NCBI GenBank assembly: GCA_964247055.1
Contig: OZ176051.1
Span: 13,268,001 to 13,332,000, forward strand
Origin: Paragordius varius
Lineage: Eukaryota; Animalia; Nematomorpha
Direction of reading: 5' to 3'
DNA length: 64,000 nucleotides
Both the position numbers and the translations under genes were made by a program. Numbering within the stretch: the stretch's first letter is position 1; the number at the start of each line of letters is the position of its first letter. This document shows, piece after piece, positions 40,501 through 52,649 of the stretch. Under the pieces are notes generated by a model, which worked only from the letters and a program-made list of their open reading frames with translations, was not told the origin of the DNA and made no database searches.

Positions 40501-40779
40501 TCATTTCTAAAAATTTACGGTAAATATACTGAAAAGTGACAAATATGTGAGGATTTTTTGTCTTTATAATTTTAATTTTGTGTGATAAAACATTGTTTGA
40601 ATCCAAAAATGTTTTGATATCTGAATAGCCAAAAACCTTTGGTAAATTTTCTAAAATTTAGATAAATAAATTAAACTAATTTCGATTTTAAAAATCTCGG
40701 ATGTAAATTTATTTTTATCCTGAATATAATCAAAGGCATGAGAAATGGTTTGATCAACATTGTTTAAATGCTCATTCAT
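28588..40779 (-). CDS. TRMT2A: tRNA (uracil-5-)-methyltransferase homolog A-like (RRM + TrmA/RlmD catalytic domain), about 645 aa, 14 exons
   Basis: Exons on minus strand: 40779-40677, 40650-40530, 40506-40431, 40364-40236, 39400-39035, 38894-38792, 37989-37928, 37645-37399, 37031-36975, 36698-36541, 34384-34300, 31642-31559, 29428-29285, 28790-28588. Total 1938 nt, all GT-AG. Motifs: FTSEIFKIEI, PYEKQL, YRNKCQFTVG, ISPLSFFQVN, DLCCGAGTIG, GID, DPPRNG, YISC, DMFPHT.NFE. Start codon (40779 or 40797) and last acceptor are uncertain. Confidence 0.9.
29740..31370 (+). mobile_element. Heavily degenerate RTE LINE (RT region), antisense in TRMT2A intron 12
   Basis: Remnants of IKERWE.Y.KQLY, KASGIDNIP.E, WPKDW, YR.IALISH, RFADDT.L, KTKVM and GHILR. 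ORF track 30168..30497 is its antisense shadow. Confidence 0.8.
32242..34219. mobile_element. GGG-terminal non-autonomous DNA transposon, second copy, expanded by nested insertions
   Basis: gggtggggtgatgaaaaa...ttttttatcacttcaccc. Terminal ~300-400 bp at each end match 24277-25456; the middle is unrelated. Confidence 0.65.
34501..34650. mobile_element. Tc1/mariner-type MITE (TA target-site duplication)
   Basis: TA|CAGTAGCGTATGACATAAAACA ... TGTTTTATGCCATACGCTACTG|TA. Confidence 0.85.
34722..36496 (+). mobile_element. Non-autonomous Helitron (interrupted by a TIR element) in TRMT2A intron 10
   Basis: A|TCTATATATTTATAAAAATGG 5' end; 3' hairpins then CTAG|T. Internal duplication of about 470 bp. 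Confidence 0.9.
35570..36315. mobile_element. CCATTT-terminal foldback-like element with 7 + 6 tandem 21-bp subterminal repeats
   Basis: ta|CCATTTACACTTCAAGAGTGTCC(TTGAACARTTCAAGTTGGTCC)7 ... mirror image x6 ... GGACACTCTTGAAGTGTAAATGG|ta, with an AT-rich core. Confidence 0.93.
40507..40529 (-). other. 23-nt spliceosomal micro-intron (TRMT2A intron 2)
   Basis: GTATATTTACCGTAAATTTTTAG. Removal gives FVTF-Q-NEEDRKNAI, collinear with the TRMT2A RRM. Confidence 0.88.
40651..40676 (-). other. 26-nt spliceosomal micro-intron (TRMT2A intron 1)
   Basis: GTTTAATTTATTTATCTAAATTTTAG. Removal gives FKIEI-K-NLPK. Confidence 0.88.
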
Positions 40780-42397
40780 ATTATTATATGACCACATAAA
40801 ATATTTTATATCTAAAAAAATATGGGTGATGGCCAGTATGGTTTAAGAAAAATGTATCCCATTCGAACTACAGAATAAAATTATACGATTTTTTTTTGAT
40901 AAACTGACAGTGATTAATCTATTTATTACCGGTCGGTTTCAGCCATCCCATATAAATATAGGATTTAAAAATTGAATAACTGTAAGTTTGAAATATCTTT
41001 ACCATTTCATTATCTTTTAACTTTCCTAGTTTACCTTTTGGGCTAGTTTATTTCGTAGAGAAACAACAGTTTCGAAAGTTTTTTTAGTTAAAATTAATAA
41101 TTAAACATTGTTGTCATGTATAAGATAGAAAAGCTTATATTTTTTCCAATGTAAAATTTGGACAGCACCAAATCACGATTGAAAGGAACAGCTAATATTG
41201 AAATAATAATATATCAAGGTTTTTCTGGTAGAATGTAGCCTAAAAGTTTCTTAAAGTTAATTATTTACATTTTTTAATTTTAATATACATTTATTTGTCT
41301 GTTGTGTTAGCGATTTATAGAAAAAATGGCGAAAGTTTAGGTTCTACATTATATTTGAAAATTTTTTGAATAATGATTCTAAATGACTAAAGTAAGCATA
41401 TTTTTGAATTTGGCTTAATACCTTAAATACTTTTTAATATTCAAATTTCAAATGGCTCTGGCATATTAGACCAAAAAGTAATGGAGTGTTGGAATATATT
41501 TTGGCTCATTCATTATTTACTTGATTGTTTTTAATAGATTGGCGGTGACTTTACTTCTAATTTTTAGTCCCTCGGTTTTATCCCCTTATAATATTGTAGC
41601 AATATTTAGGGAAATGTGTTTTTTATTTAAATGGAATATGAGAACCAAAAATCTCTAATTTTTTTCTATTTGAAAATGAAAACGTTATATGCTAAATTTT
41701 GATATCAACTAAAAATATTTTTAAAAATTGCATGCTTTTCTTTAAAAATTACGTTTAAGCGTACTTTATATTATTTTAAGGTGATGAAAACGGTAGAAAA
41801 ACGCTTTAATATATATATTCGATGATGCTAAAAGTACCTCAGTATTTAAATAAAATACTCGTTTTTCTTCAAATATATGGTAAATATTGATTGTGTGTTT
41901 TTTTTAATTTATCAAAATTTGAAAGCAATGTTTAACATTGTGGAATTTTATATAAAAAGTGTTTTTATAATATCATAGAGCTTTTTTAAACCGTTTCTAT
42001 TGCAAAATAGTATGAAGTATGCTTCAACAAAACTTTGCTAAAATTTAGATTTTATAAAAAAATATGCTTTTTTAAAAAATATTCGTAATATCAAAGTTTT
42101 CAATATAATTAAAAAAATCGTGCAATTTCAGCATTTTTGCGTTTATTATAATGAGCACCTCGCCCATTATAAAAGAAAAAAAATTTGCCAAATTCGACAT
42201 CAAAAGTTTAGAAACTATTTTTGCTTTGTAGTGTATGATATATTTTAGTAGTCATATTCATCAAAAAAATATATAAGGAAAACGTGCTTTTGTCTTCAGA
42301 TATGGAGAAGTTATTATAAAAATGTTAATTACGTTCTTATATCATTTGCATGGGCCAAAACCAAAAGCACCATGATGATCCTGATACATTTTAGGAA

Positions 42398-44391
42398 TCT
42401 ATATATTTATAAAAATGGAAAATGCTGGCTTTGTGATCTGGTACAGGAAAACCGGTGGACCCATTCAAATCCAAACATTGAAAAAATATAATCATTAATC
42501 AATGCCCCGACAATAGCTTCGCCCTTTTTTTGAAATAGGCTCCCAGTTCGGGCCCACCCCGTATGAAAAACAGGTTTTTTTTGAAAACAGAAGTCCACAA
42601 AAATCGTGTCTTTGAGACAATTTTCTGGAGAACGTGTTGGACTATTCAATTTCAAATATAATTTTTGTTTACTTATTTTTGATTGCACCGAACATAGTCG
42701 AGTCACTTTTATGATTTAGGCCCTCTTTTTACCCGCTACCCCCGTAAAATACCATTTTTTTCAAAAAACAAAGTCCACAAAAATAAATTTATGATTGTAT
42801 TTTTTTGCCCAAGGTATGAGACTGTGAAAATTCGAGAATGTTTTTTCGTATTACCTGGTAAAAGACAAAAATTTTAGTCAAGCGTTTCTATGATGATAGC
42901 TGCTGGGTAAGGAGCTACCCGCTAAAAACTGATTTTTCATGTAGCTTTGTGATCTGTTTCCGGAAAACCGGTGAACCCAATCAAATCCAAATATCGAAAA
43001 AATATAATCATTAATAAATGTCCCGACTATAGCTTCGCCCTTTTTTTGAAATAGGCCCCCAGTTCGGGCCCACCCCGTGTGAAAAATGGGTTAAGTCAAT
43101 TTTTTGGAGAACGTGTTGGACCATTCAATTTCAAATATGAATTTTGTTTACTTATTTTTGATCGCGCTGAACATAGTTAAGTCACTTTTCTGATTTAGGC
43201 CCTCTTTTTACCCGCTACCCCCGTAAAATGCCATTTTTTTCAAAAAAAACAAAGTCCACAAAAATAATTTTTTGATTGTATTTTTTTGCCCAAGGTATGA
43301 GACTGTAAAAATTCGAGAAGGTTTTTTCGTATTACCTGTTAAAAGGCAAAAATTTTAGTCAAGCGTTTCTTTGATAGATGCTGAGTAAGGAGTATCTATC
43401 ATATGTATAGCATGTTAAAAGATATATGGATATTAAAACATTATTTATGGTAATCTATCTATATATTTATGAAAATGGAAAATGCTGGCTTTGTGATCTG
43501 GTACAGGAAAACCGGTAGACCCATTCAAATCCAAACATTGAAAAAATATAATCATTAATCAATATCCCGACAATAGCTTCGCCCTTTTTTTGAAATAGGC
43601 CCCCAGTTCGGGCCCACCCCGTATGAAAAACGGGTTTTTTTTGAAAACATAAGTCCACAAAAATCGTGTCTTTGAGACAATTTTCTGGAGAACGTGTTGG
43701 ACTATTCAATTTCAAATATGAATTTTGTTTACTTATTTTTGATTGCACCGAACATAGTCGAGTCACTTTTTTGATTTAGGCCCTCTTTTTACCTGCTACC
43801 CCCGTAAAATACCATTTTTTTCAAAAAACAAAGTCCACAAAAATAAATTTATGATTGTATTTTTTTGCCCAAGGTATGAGACTGTAAAAATTCGAGAATG
43901 TTTTTTCGTATTACCTGGTAAAAGGCAAAAATTTTAGTCAAGCGTTTCTATGATGATAGCTGCTGGGTAAGGAGCTACCCGCTAAAAACTGATTTTTCAT
44001 GTAGCTTTGTGATCTGTTTCCGGAAAACCGGTGAACCCAATCAAATCCAAATATCGAAAAAATATAATCATTAATAAATGTCCCTATAGCTTCGCCCTTT
44101 TTTTGAAATAGGCCCCCAGTTCGGGCCCACCCCGTATGAAAAACGGGTTTTTTTGAAAACAGAAGTCCACTAAAATCGTGTCTTTGAGACAATTTTCCGG
44201 AGAACGTGTTGGACCATTCAATTTCAAATATGATTTTTGTTTACTTATTTTCGATTGCGCCGAACATAGTCGTCTCGCTTTTTGAATTTAGTCCCACTTT
44301 TTCCCGCTCCCCCCGTAAAATGCCATTCCCCCCCCCCCTCAGAAGTCCGAAGGACTTCCTCAGGCTGCGTAGCAGCACGAGATTTACGCTA

Positions 44392-44392
<1 letters not shown>
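42398..44392 (+). mobile_element. Head-to-tail Helitron dimer (5' ends at 42398 and 43458, one 3' end), same family as 34722
   Basis: Two TCTATATATTTAT.AAAATGG starts, an internal repeat period of about 515 bp, and terminal hairpin(s) plus CTAG|T at 44392. Confidence 0.9.
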
Positions 44393-44431
<39 letters not shown>

Positions 44432-44459
44432 TATATATTCCATCATGGTATTTTTTAAA

Positions 44460-46150
44460 CCCCCCAATTTACGACTTAGTGTAGTGATAATTGACAGACC
44501 TTAAGGATCATTTTAGATTTAGAGTTTAACCTTGGTCTTATCAAATGTGCTTCGATATGTAATACATATGTCCGGATGTGATTCTAAATTGTGTCGTCTG
44601 CGCGGAGATGCAAGCAATAAAACCTCCGATATGCGCTCTAGGAAAGTAACAGACTCGCATTAAAGTTTCTGTGGAAAAGTTAAATTGAAGAAATAGAACA
44701 CATCCTTGTCTCACACCCCTGCGAATAGAAATTATTTAGTTAGAGGGTATTTTTTAATAGCTGTTTGCTTTGTATACAACAATTGAAGCAAAATATTATA
44801 GGAGAGGACCTCCGCATTGAAAAATGTTTAATAGACAATCATAGTTATGTACGTCATACTTAAACCTGAAAAATAGCAGTGCAAACATTTGCCGAATTCA
44901 TTGTACCTTTGATATTCTATTATACCTATATAAAATTTCAGATTGTACATTAGATATTTTAAGTTAAAAATAAATTCATTGTCATAAAGTGGATAGTTTG
45001 TTGGTAATAACAACATTCAATAGTTTTGATACAGAGAAAGGTTATTAAAGAACGGTAGGAGAAACCATTTGATCCAATCGTCGGGGCAAATGTAGGATTG
45101 GAAAATATTTTGTAAAAAGATTTTTTTAAACAGTCGAAGGGGGTTGTTTGTATGAAAGTAATTGGAATGTCATTGTATTCTAAGGAATCAAATGATGCGA
45201 AGTGTTCAAAGGCAAATAAACTTACGCTAAAATTGGGAAATCAAGTTGAGAAGCATTCATCCGGTCGATAGATGCATGGGAGGGTGATCATGACAATAGA
45301 AGCCCCGATTTTTTCTTTTAAATATATATTTTGGTTTATGATAGGATGTCAGGGTTGATGGCCCCAGATTGAGGGAGATCTGATGACAGATGTATGTATA
45401 TATTCTGGCTTTTGGCATCCCGTTCTAAGTCTTTAAAAATTATAAGGTGTGCATTTTTGTAATTGATTGCCTTTCAAATTGCGTTAATATTCAGTATTCA
45501 GAGATATTGTTATCGATTAAGGCCAATCTACGGTGCTAAAATAATATAATACTACGAGAGTCTCAAATTATTGGGATGTTTTCGCTAAAGTGATCAGAAG
45601 TTATGATGATACTGTTATGATCCAAGCCTGTGGCAGTTGGTATCTATATTATATTATTGGAGGATAGCGTATGATTGGAATTTATATTGGTAAAATTGGA
45701 AAAGTGGAAGGGTTATTTACTTTTTTAAGGTAATTCAACATTTTAAATTTAATTAGTTACTGATGGGATCCTATCACGAATCCCGAGAAAATCCTCTAAT
45801 GCACCATAGTCACTTTTTTGGATGAGGATGAAGTCAATTTGTGATCGGATGTTTTTGGGAAACACAAATATATCTTATTCTGAAGGGAATATCAAAGAAG
45901 ATACTGGTAATGGCAAGTATGTGGTATACAAGAAATTCTATCAATGTGTCATAACGAAAATATCTTTTCCCAGTGGACCTTGAAGGTAAAAATTAATACA
46001 CTTATCGATACCTTTAAACTGTGCCCTAAAAAACATACTGATATAAACAAACTACATTTTAAGATTACCCACAGACCAATGAACAGAATGCACGAACTAT
46101 ATAGGTACTACGGTTCTATCAGGCACCAATGCTTCTCGAAACATATAATG
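44460..46150 (-). mobile_element. Heavily degenerate RTE-like LINE (APE to RT)
   Basis: Minus-strand remnants SQIDFILI, TSDH, RGVRQGC, ADDT and DKTK. Confidence 0.72.
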
Positions 46151-46328
46151 TAAGCAATCGGAAAAAGTGCTCGAAAGTTTCAAATTAGATAAAAAATATA
46201 AAAAAATAAGTAATTCATACCAGTAAAAAATTGGTAAATACCTGTTGTTGAGATGCATTTTAATAGCCACAAGTCACACATACATCGGCTCAAAACACGC
46301 AGAGTAAATAACTGGTAATACATTAAAT

Positions 46329-46599
46329 CTGGGTTGTTCTACATGCGACCCTCCATATTGCGTGCGGCCCGGGAAAAAATTGGACATGATATAAATGATA
46401 ATTTATGTAAAATTGAACTATCTTTAAATCTTCTGAATAAATCTATCCAATTAACAACATTGAAAAAATTGTTATATTTAGGTTACATTTTAATTATGTT
46501 TAAAATTTAATTAATATATATTAAATGTATAATTAATACTGCCCGCCGCTATTATGATATAAATGCGGCCCGCCAAGTGATTTCTGTTATACACCCCTG
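46329..46599. mobile_element. hAT-like MITE
   Basis: Degenerate ctgggttgttct...tgcggccc left end and gcggcccgc...acacccctg right end. Confidence 0.5.
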
Positions 46600-47565
46600 C
46601 ATTATATTATTCAGAAATGTATTTTTTATATTGGCGAAATTTGATGATTACATATAAAACAACATAAAAGCGTTGTGTTATATATTTTACAAATTCGATT
46701 GCATCTAAGATTCGCTAGACGACTGCATATTCGAAGCTGTTAGGCATATGGTCGTCAACCAATTAACATTTTTTTGAATATAATAACATTTTGTTTAAAA
46801 ATACTGTTCTCAAAATTGTTTCGTTTAAATTATATTATTAACATTGTTATCCTGTAATAAAAAAGCTTTTGTTTTTTTTTCAACATCTAAAGTTCAAAAT
46901 CGGGACTCCAAAAGCCGATTGTAAGATGAGATATTATCAATAAATTTCAAATATGTGCTGTCCAATTGTAATTAAAATCTTTTGGATTTTTAATCTTATT
47001 TTATATTCTGCTTAATTACCCTAAATAGGCAGCGAAAGAGTTTAAATGCATATTCTTAAATTTAGCCCAATATCATATACTCTCTTTATGTTTGAATTCA
47101 ACGTCGCATTAAGATCAATATAATGATACGAAATATGGTTATTCCGAAGGTGAGCCAACACAGACCTGAATAGGATAATATAAATTAGGCTAAAATTAAA
47201 ATATTGCGTTCTTTCACAACCAAAGTTTATATAAAAAACCAATGTTTAACCTAATATACGTTCATCCTATAATAATAAAATCATATGTTAAGTTTTTTTG
47301 CAATCAATTATAAATCATTGGTAAAGATAAATACAACTTATTATAGAATACTTATTCTACCAGAATACTAGGTGCAAAAAGACGGTCAAATATTTTTAAC
47401 AAAAAAATTATTTATAATGAGATAGCTTTTAATGTGTGAATTTATTTCCCGCAAAAATTATTAATTATTGAGCCCCAATTTTTGAAATATTGAGAGTAAT
47501 ATAAAAAAGGATATATATATTTATTTAGCATAACAACAAAACTGAATAAAATAATATGATCTGCG

Positions 47566-49821
47566 TGTTACAATGATTCCTTATATCATTAGGAAATTCG
47601 GTTATTGCATTCACAAGGATAAAGTTGTCTGATTTAAACGTTGTTAAAGATAATAAGTATAAATAAAATAATTTGCACTCACAACCAAGGTAATATATAT
47701 TTTTAACGTAACAAGGCCAAAAGTGTATTATGCACTAAAAAAGAGAAGGATAATTTGCGGATAATAACCTTTTTAACATACCTTCTTAGCTTGATATCGG
47801 TCGAGTGGCTTTCGGGATCGAATCGGGTACCGGCGAGTCGTAGTAGGAGAAGTGTCACTTGTTTGCACGGGTGTATTCTCACTTGAAGGCGCACTTTCTG
47901 ATTTCGGATTCTCCTCGATGTTTTCAGGGGTTCTTATTTCATGTTCCGTGGGATGTTTTTGGAGGTTATTATCATTGTTGTTTAAGTTTGCAGATGATGA
48001 GTTAGGAATGCTGATTGATATTTCCGGGTTATCTAGATTTTTAGTCTTTTCCTCACTTCTCCCGTCTTCTCCTTCGGCCGACCAATCCATGCGATTCCTT
48101 AATTGATCAGCATGTTTGCGGATAATTTGTCATTGTCGTTGACATTGTACGATAACCATCCCGTTCTGTCGACGATTTGTCCCTCCCTCCAACCAGAACA
48201 CAATTCATTCTTAATATATACCTTTGGCCCCTTTTCAAACTCCTGCGGAATGTCGGGAGTATCCATGAATTCGTTGGGTTTCGTTTTCATCCATGTAAAT
48301 GGGCTTTGCATAGTTCTTTTTAAAAACAAATGCGCGGGGGTCTCCTTCGTGGAACTGTGATGCGTGTTTCGGTAAGCCCATAAGATTTGGTTTAATCTTC
48401 GCACTGGGTCTGCGGAAGTGGGGCTGACATTGAATGATGATTTTTTAGAGTGTAAATTACCCTCTCTACCAACCCATTTGTTCGGGGGTGGTAGGGAGCC
48501 GATGTTACGTGTTTTATATCAGAGGAAGCTAAAGTTCTCTCAAACTCCCCCGATTTAAAATAAGAGCCGTTATCAATAACCACCACTTTTGGGTACCCAT
48601 ACCGGCAAAAACAGGTTTCTAAAAACTTAAGAATATTACCTGTATTCACAGAGCGTAACGTCTCTACCTCCACCCAGCGGGTGCAATGATCAATTAGTAC
48701 CACCCAGTATAAATTGTCAATGGGTCCGGCGATATCTAGGTGGAGCCGTTCGCACATGGTTGTATGTTCCATTGATAGGTGGGATTTTCGGGTACATTTG
48801 GGCACAGCCTTTGGCAGTTTTGGCAACTACGCACCTATTTTTCGATATCTTGGCTCAACCCGGGCCAATAAACCTTTTCACGCCTTAATAGTTTCATGGC
48901 TTGTATTCCCGGATGGCCACTATGCAGTTATCTGAAAATATCTGGCTTAATTTTGTTTCAGGATTATTACCTGATCTCCCACAAATAATAGACCGTATGC
49001 ATGCTCAATTTCATTTTTTATTGCGATGAAAGGCTTGACCAGGGGGTCCGTCCAATTATTAGACCTTAGGGCTACTTTTAATTTTGCTATCGTAGGATCC
49101 TTTATAGACTCTTGATAGATAATTGCTCTATTTAAATTTATTGGACCAAATCAAATGAACATTTCTACTTTCATCGTCTTTCTCAAAAGCCATCGGCTCC
49201 TGGTTTTCAATGGGAAGTCTCGATAGGCAGTCAGCTATGTTTTCTGTACCAGGGTGATATTCTATGTTAAAATCGAAAACCGATGTTCTAGTTATCCAGC
49301 GTACTAGTTTACAATTATTAATTTTACTTAGATCTCTTTGAGGCCCAAATAGTTTCACTAGAGGTTTGTGGTCCGTTTGTATTATAAATTTTCTGCCATA
49401 CAAAAAAGTTTTAAACTTCTCTAACGCTATTAGGATAGCTTTTGCTTCTCCTTCAATTACTGAATAATTTTCTTCGGCCTGAGAGCATTTTTTTGACGTG
49501 TAGGCGATCGGGCGATTACCCGCTGTTGTATGTGATAAAATAGCACCGTATCCTAACATTGACGCGTCGGTTTCCAAGACTATAGGTAGTTTGGGACTAT
49601 ACGGATGCTACAATGATTCCTTATATCATTAGGAAATTCGGTTATTGCATTCACAAGGATAAAGTTGTCTGATTTAAACGTTGTTAAAGATAATAAGTAT
49701 AAATAAAATAATTTGCACTCACAACCAAGGTAATATATATTTTTAACGTAACAAGGCCAAAAGTGTATTATGCACTAAAAAAGAGAAGGATAATTTACGT
49801 ATGATAATAACACTTTTAACA
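47566..49821 (-). mobile_element. Ty3/gypsy (Mag/K02A2.6-like) internally deleted element: LTR-RNaseH-integrase-LTR
   Basis: Direct repeats 47566-47778 and 49606-49821 (TG...CA; 188 bp identical). RNase H: LETDAS..G.GAIL, EGEAKAI, TDHKPL, ADCLSR. Integrase: HLDIAGP, DNG..F, PYHP.TNG.VER. Gag, protease and RT are absent. Confidence 0.9.
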
Positions 49822-50109
49822 GAGAGAAAATTGAAATTGGGCAATATTAAGGATAATTAAAAAATAATTATTGACCTATAAGATTTTTATATATAAGATA
49901 TTTACAATTAATTGCATAAAATTATATAGTCATGGTTTTAATTAAAACTCAAAAAATCCATGCTTTGTCTTACTTATTACAAAAAAATTTTTTATGAAAG
50001 TATATTAAAATTATTTTAATTATTTACTAACTAAACTCATTATTTAGATCTTGACATTCATATTTTATATAAAAATAACTAATATATCAAAATAAAATTA
50101 ATTAAATAT

Positions 50110-50990
50110 TCCTTTTTTATTTTTTGTCATCTGGGCTATGTGTGTTTAATAAATTTACTGTTGTGTTTTGTAGTCCCGTATATTAAAAATAGGATTTCCA
50201 TGTAGTGGAATATCAACCAAAAATCCATATAATATTTCATAGGTCGTCAACAAAAAATTTGCGGCAAATGAATTTGCTGGTCATAAGCTGTCTCATGAAA
50301 AAAAAATTTTATTATTTTTTTTGCACACAGTGCTTCAATTTTATGGACAAACATTTCATAGAGCATGTCGGGTTGATTAATCAAAATATCCAATTTTCGA
50401 TACGCTAACAAAATATCAAATGTTTATTTATTCCAGTTTTTAACTTATAAAAATTATTATTCCATATATAAATTATTAATAGTTATATACAAATTTATGA
50501 TTTCTAAAGGATTATATTTTTTATATCGATGGCAATGTTAGATAGATTTTTCCAAAATCATAGTTATAAATTTAATTTAATTTAACAATTTAATAAAAAT
50601 ATATCCTTAATCGATAATAAGTGTGGGAGTTTATACCTTATTTTCATTAGCATTGCAGAGCAATATTGTTGACTAACGTAGGTAGATCTTCTTATAGTGA
50701 TATTAATTATGTTTAACACCAATTCTTCATAAGACGTGTTTACCATAAAATTGAAATATAATGGATTATTTTCCATTCAAGATACAATAAGTAAGAAGCT
50801 CAAAAGATTGAAAATCGAAATATTGATCCAAATTGCGTATGTTGGTCTTTCCCAAATATCTTTTATGATGGTAATAAATATCACGAGAAACGACGCATTT
50901 AAAAATAATAATGAACAAAAATTATCTTCATTTAAATTGGATGAGGGACATTGTTTTATCATTTTATTATAAAAGTAGAAATTCGGACAG
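50110..50990 (-). pseudogene. Possible degenerate class-A GPCR pseudogene
   Basis: Same-frame ORFs 50777..50962 and 50582..50776 are separated by a single TGA. TM1-like CSLLFLNASFLVIFITII and TM2-like RPTYAIWINISIFNLLSFL; after a frameshift, TM3-end-like FITMILEK.I..CH. Confidence 0.3.
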
Positions 50991-51663
50991 ATTTAGCCAA
51001 TAAGTTAAACCGATGCCCAATATTGATCTAATTTGTAAGTTTGAAGTCAAAACTGGTAGATATAGATAGTGATTGGAAAATATTTAATTGGACATAATAA
51101 ATTAGAAATGAAATAGCGATTATTAAATATTTTTATAATATTCATTAAATAATATGCTGACATAAAAATAGCCTAATTTACTTTTTTTATGCTTTGCTGC
51201 TTTTTTGGTTAAGACACATTGCATAATTTATATAATAGTTACTATATAAAATACATTTTAACATAATTATATATGGTTTAATATTAAGCTCATTTTTTAA
51301 AATAATTTAGATTCAAATATACAAAATCAGAAAAAATAAAAAAATTAAATTCACACTCAGGCATCGTCATAGATTATTATAAAAAGATATACATTTCATT
51401 GTCTAAAAAAGTCTCAGACAATTAAAAGTTTTTCCAGTCAATCGATAGAATATCTATCCAATAAAATCAACTATCCGACTTAAAATTATTTTTCTTAATG
51501 GATCCCATTTTCTTTTTCAATTTACTCTCAAACATTGTCATTTTACTGGATAATCTCATATCCCTCTTTATAAATTTTATACCTTTAAAAATAATGTGTT
51601 TTGAGCTAAGACTCATAATTAAAATATGTGTTTTATCATAGTTTGCAAATTGTTATTTTTTAC

Positions 51664-51757
51664 TTTTAAGCAGGGCTTTTAACTGGAAGGTTCCCAATTT
51701 TAGCCGGGTCATGTTACACTGGGGCGGAACCAATCCGGTTCCAGTTCTAGTCCTCGA
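51664..51757. mobile_element. Tiny GC-rich TIR element (hAT-like?)
   Basis: cagggcttttaactggaa...ttccagttctagtcctcg with internal ggaacc/ggttcc motifs. Confidence 0.35.
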
Positions 51758-52649
51758 TAGCCAGCCCAGTTTTGCTCCCCCAAAAAATTAAAATATAAAA
51801 TTTATTGTTTAAATTATTATATAATTGTTTTTATTATAAAAATTTTTGTGGTTTGCTTTCAAAATGGAATATTGTTGTAATTTCTTGTTTAATATTTGTG
51901 AGAATTAATCATATTAAGATAACATTTTTTTCGTATCTGATTAGTTACCATGTTGACAATTTTTCTAAATATCTCTCTTTAATACTTATAGAACCAATAA
52001 TATATCAAGATTTTCTCGTAAAATTTCAATGGAAAAATTTGACCAGATAGATTTTTTTTGATCCAATTGTATGGAAAAAGTATTAATTATATATATTTTA
52101 TGTTTTGTAAATATTAAACGCTACTTCCGTTTTAGGGCAAATTATTTAAAAAATTATTATATAAAGCTAAAATCTTTTTTGAAGGTATTGGGTAAAACTA
52201 AATATGATAGTTAAAATCATTAAATTTTATAGCATAATAACAAGTTTTTAAAATACAAGTTTGACGCCAAAATGCGATTTTCAGCTTTAATTCTTGTAAG
52301 TCTATCCAACACCGTCTGAAAAAAATGTAAAATTTTATCATATTTTTCGTTTAGTGTTATCTTAATTTTTTGTTTTTTTTGTTTTTTTTTCATGCATGAA
52401 ATCATGTGATTAAAAGCGGCAAGACATTCAAGGAGAGTATTATTTAAAAATATGTTTCTCTTTAGAGCAATTATTAATCTTTTTCTTTGTTTTGTAGAGT
52501 TTTTTTAATTTTTAGCCATAATTTCTTTATATTTTTCTTTTATGATTGCTAGACAGAGTGAAATATTAATATTTATACTTTATACAAATTAACAACATTT
52601 ATAAAGATTACTCTTTAATTTTATTTATTATTCTAGATATTTATTTTTT

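Noticed and set aside
41538-41615. Plus-strand signal-peptide-like exon (LAVTLLLIFSPSVLSP) of a gene divergent from TRMT2A
   Set aside because: It could not be linked to upstream or downstream exons in frame.
42345-42395. MYQxxHGAFGFG peptide seen here and at about 63460-63500
   Set aside because: Short DNA-level similarity next to TE insertions, with a stop right after it in one copy. Most likely a dispersed repeat.
42407-44192. Repeated ~99-aa ORFs (also 34712..34984 and 35166..35396) as Helitron-captured genes
   Set aside because: They are antisense translations of the non-coding internal unit, their frames differ between units, and no protein motif is evident.
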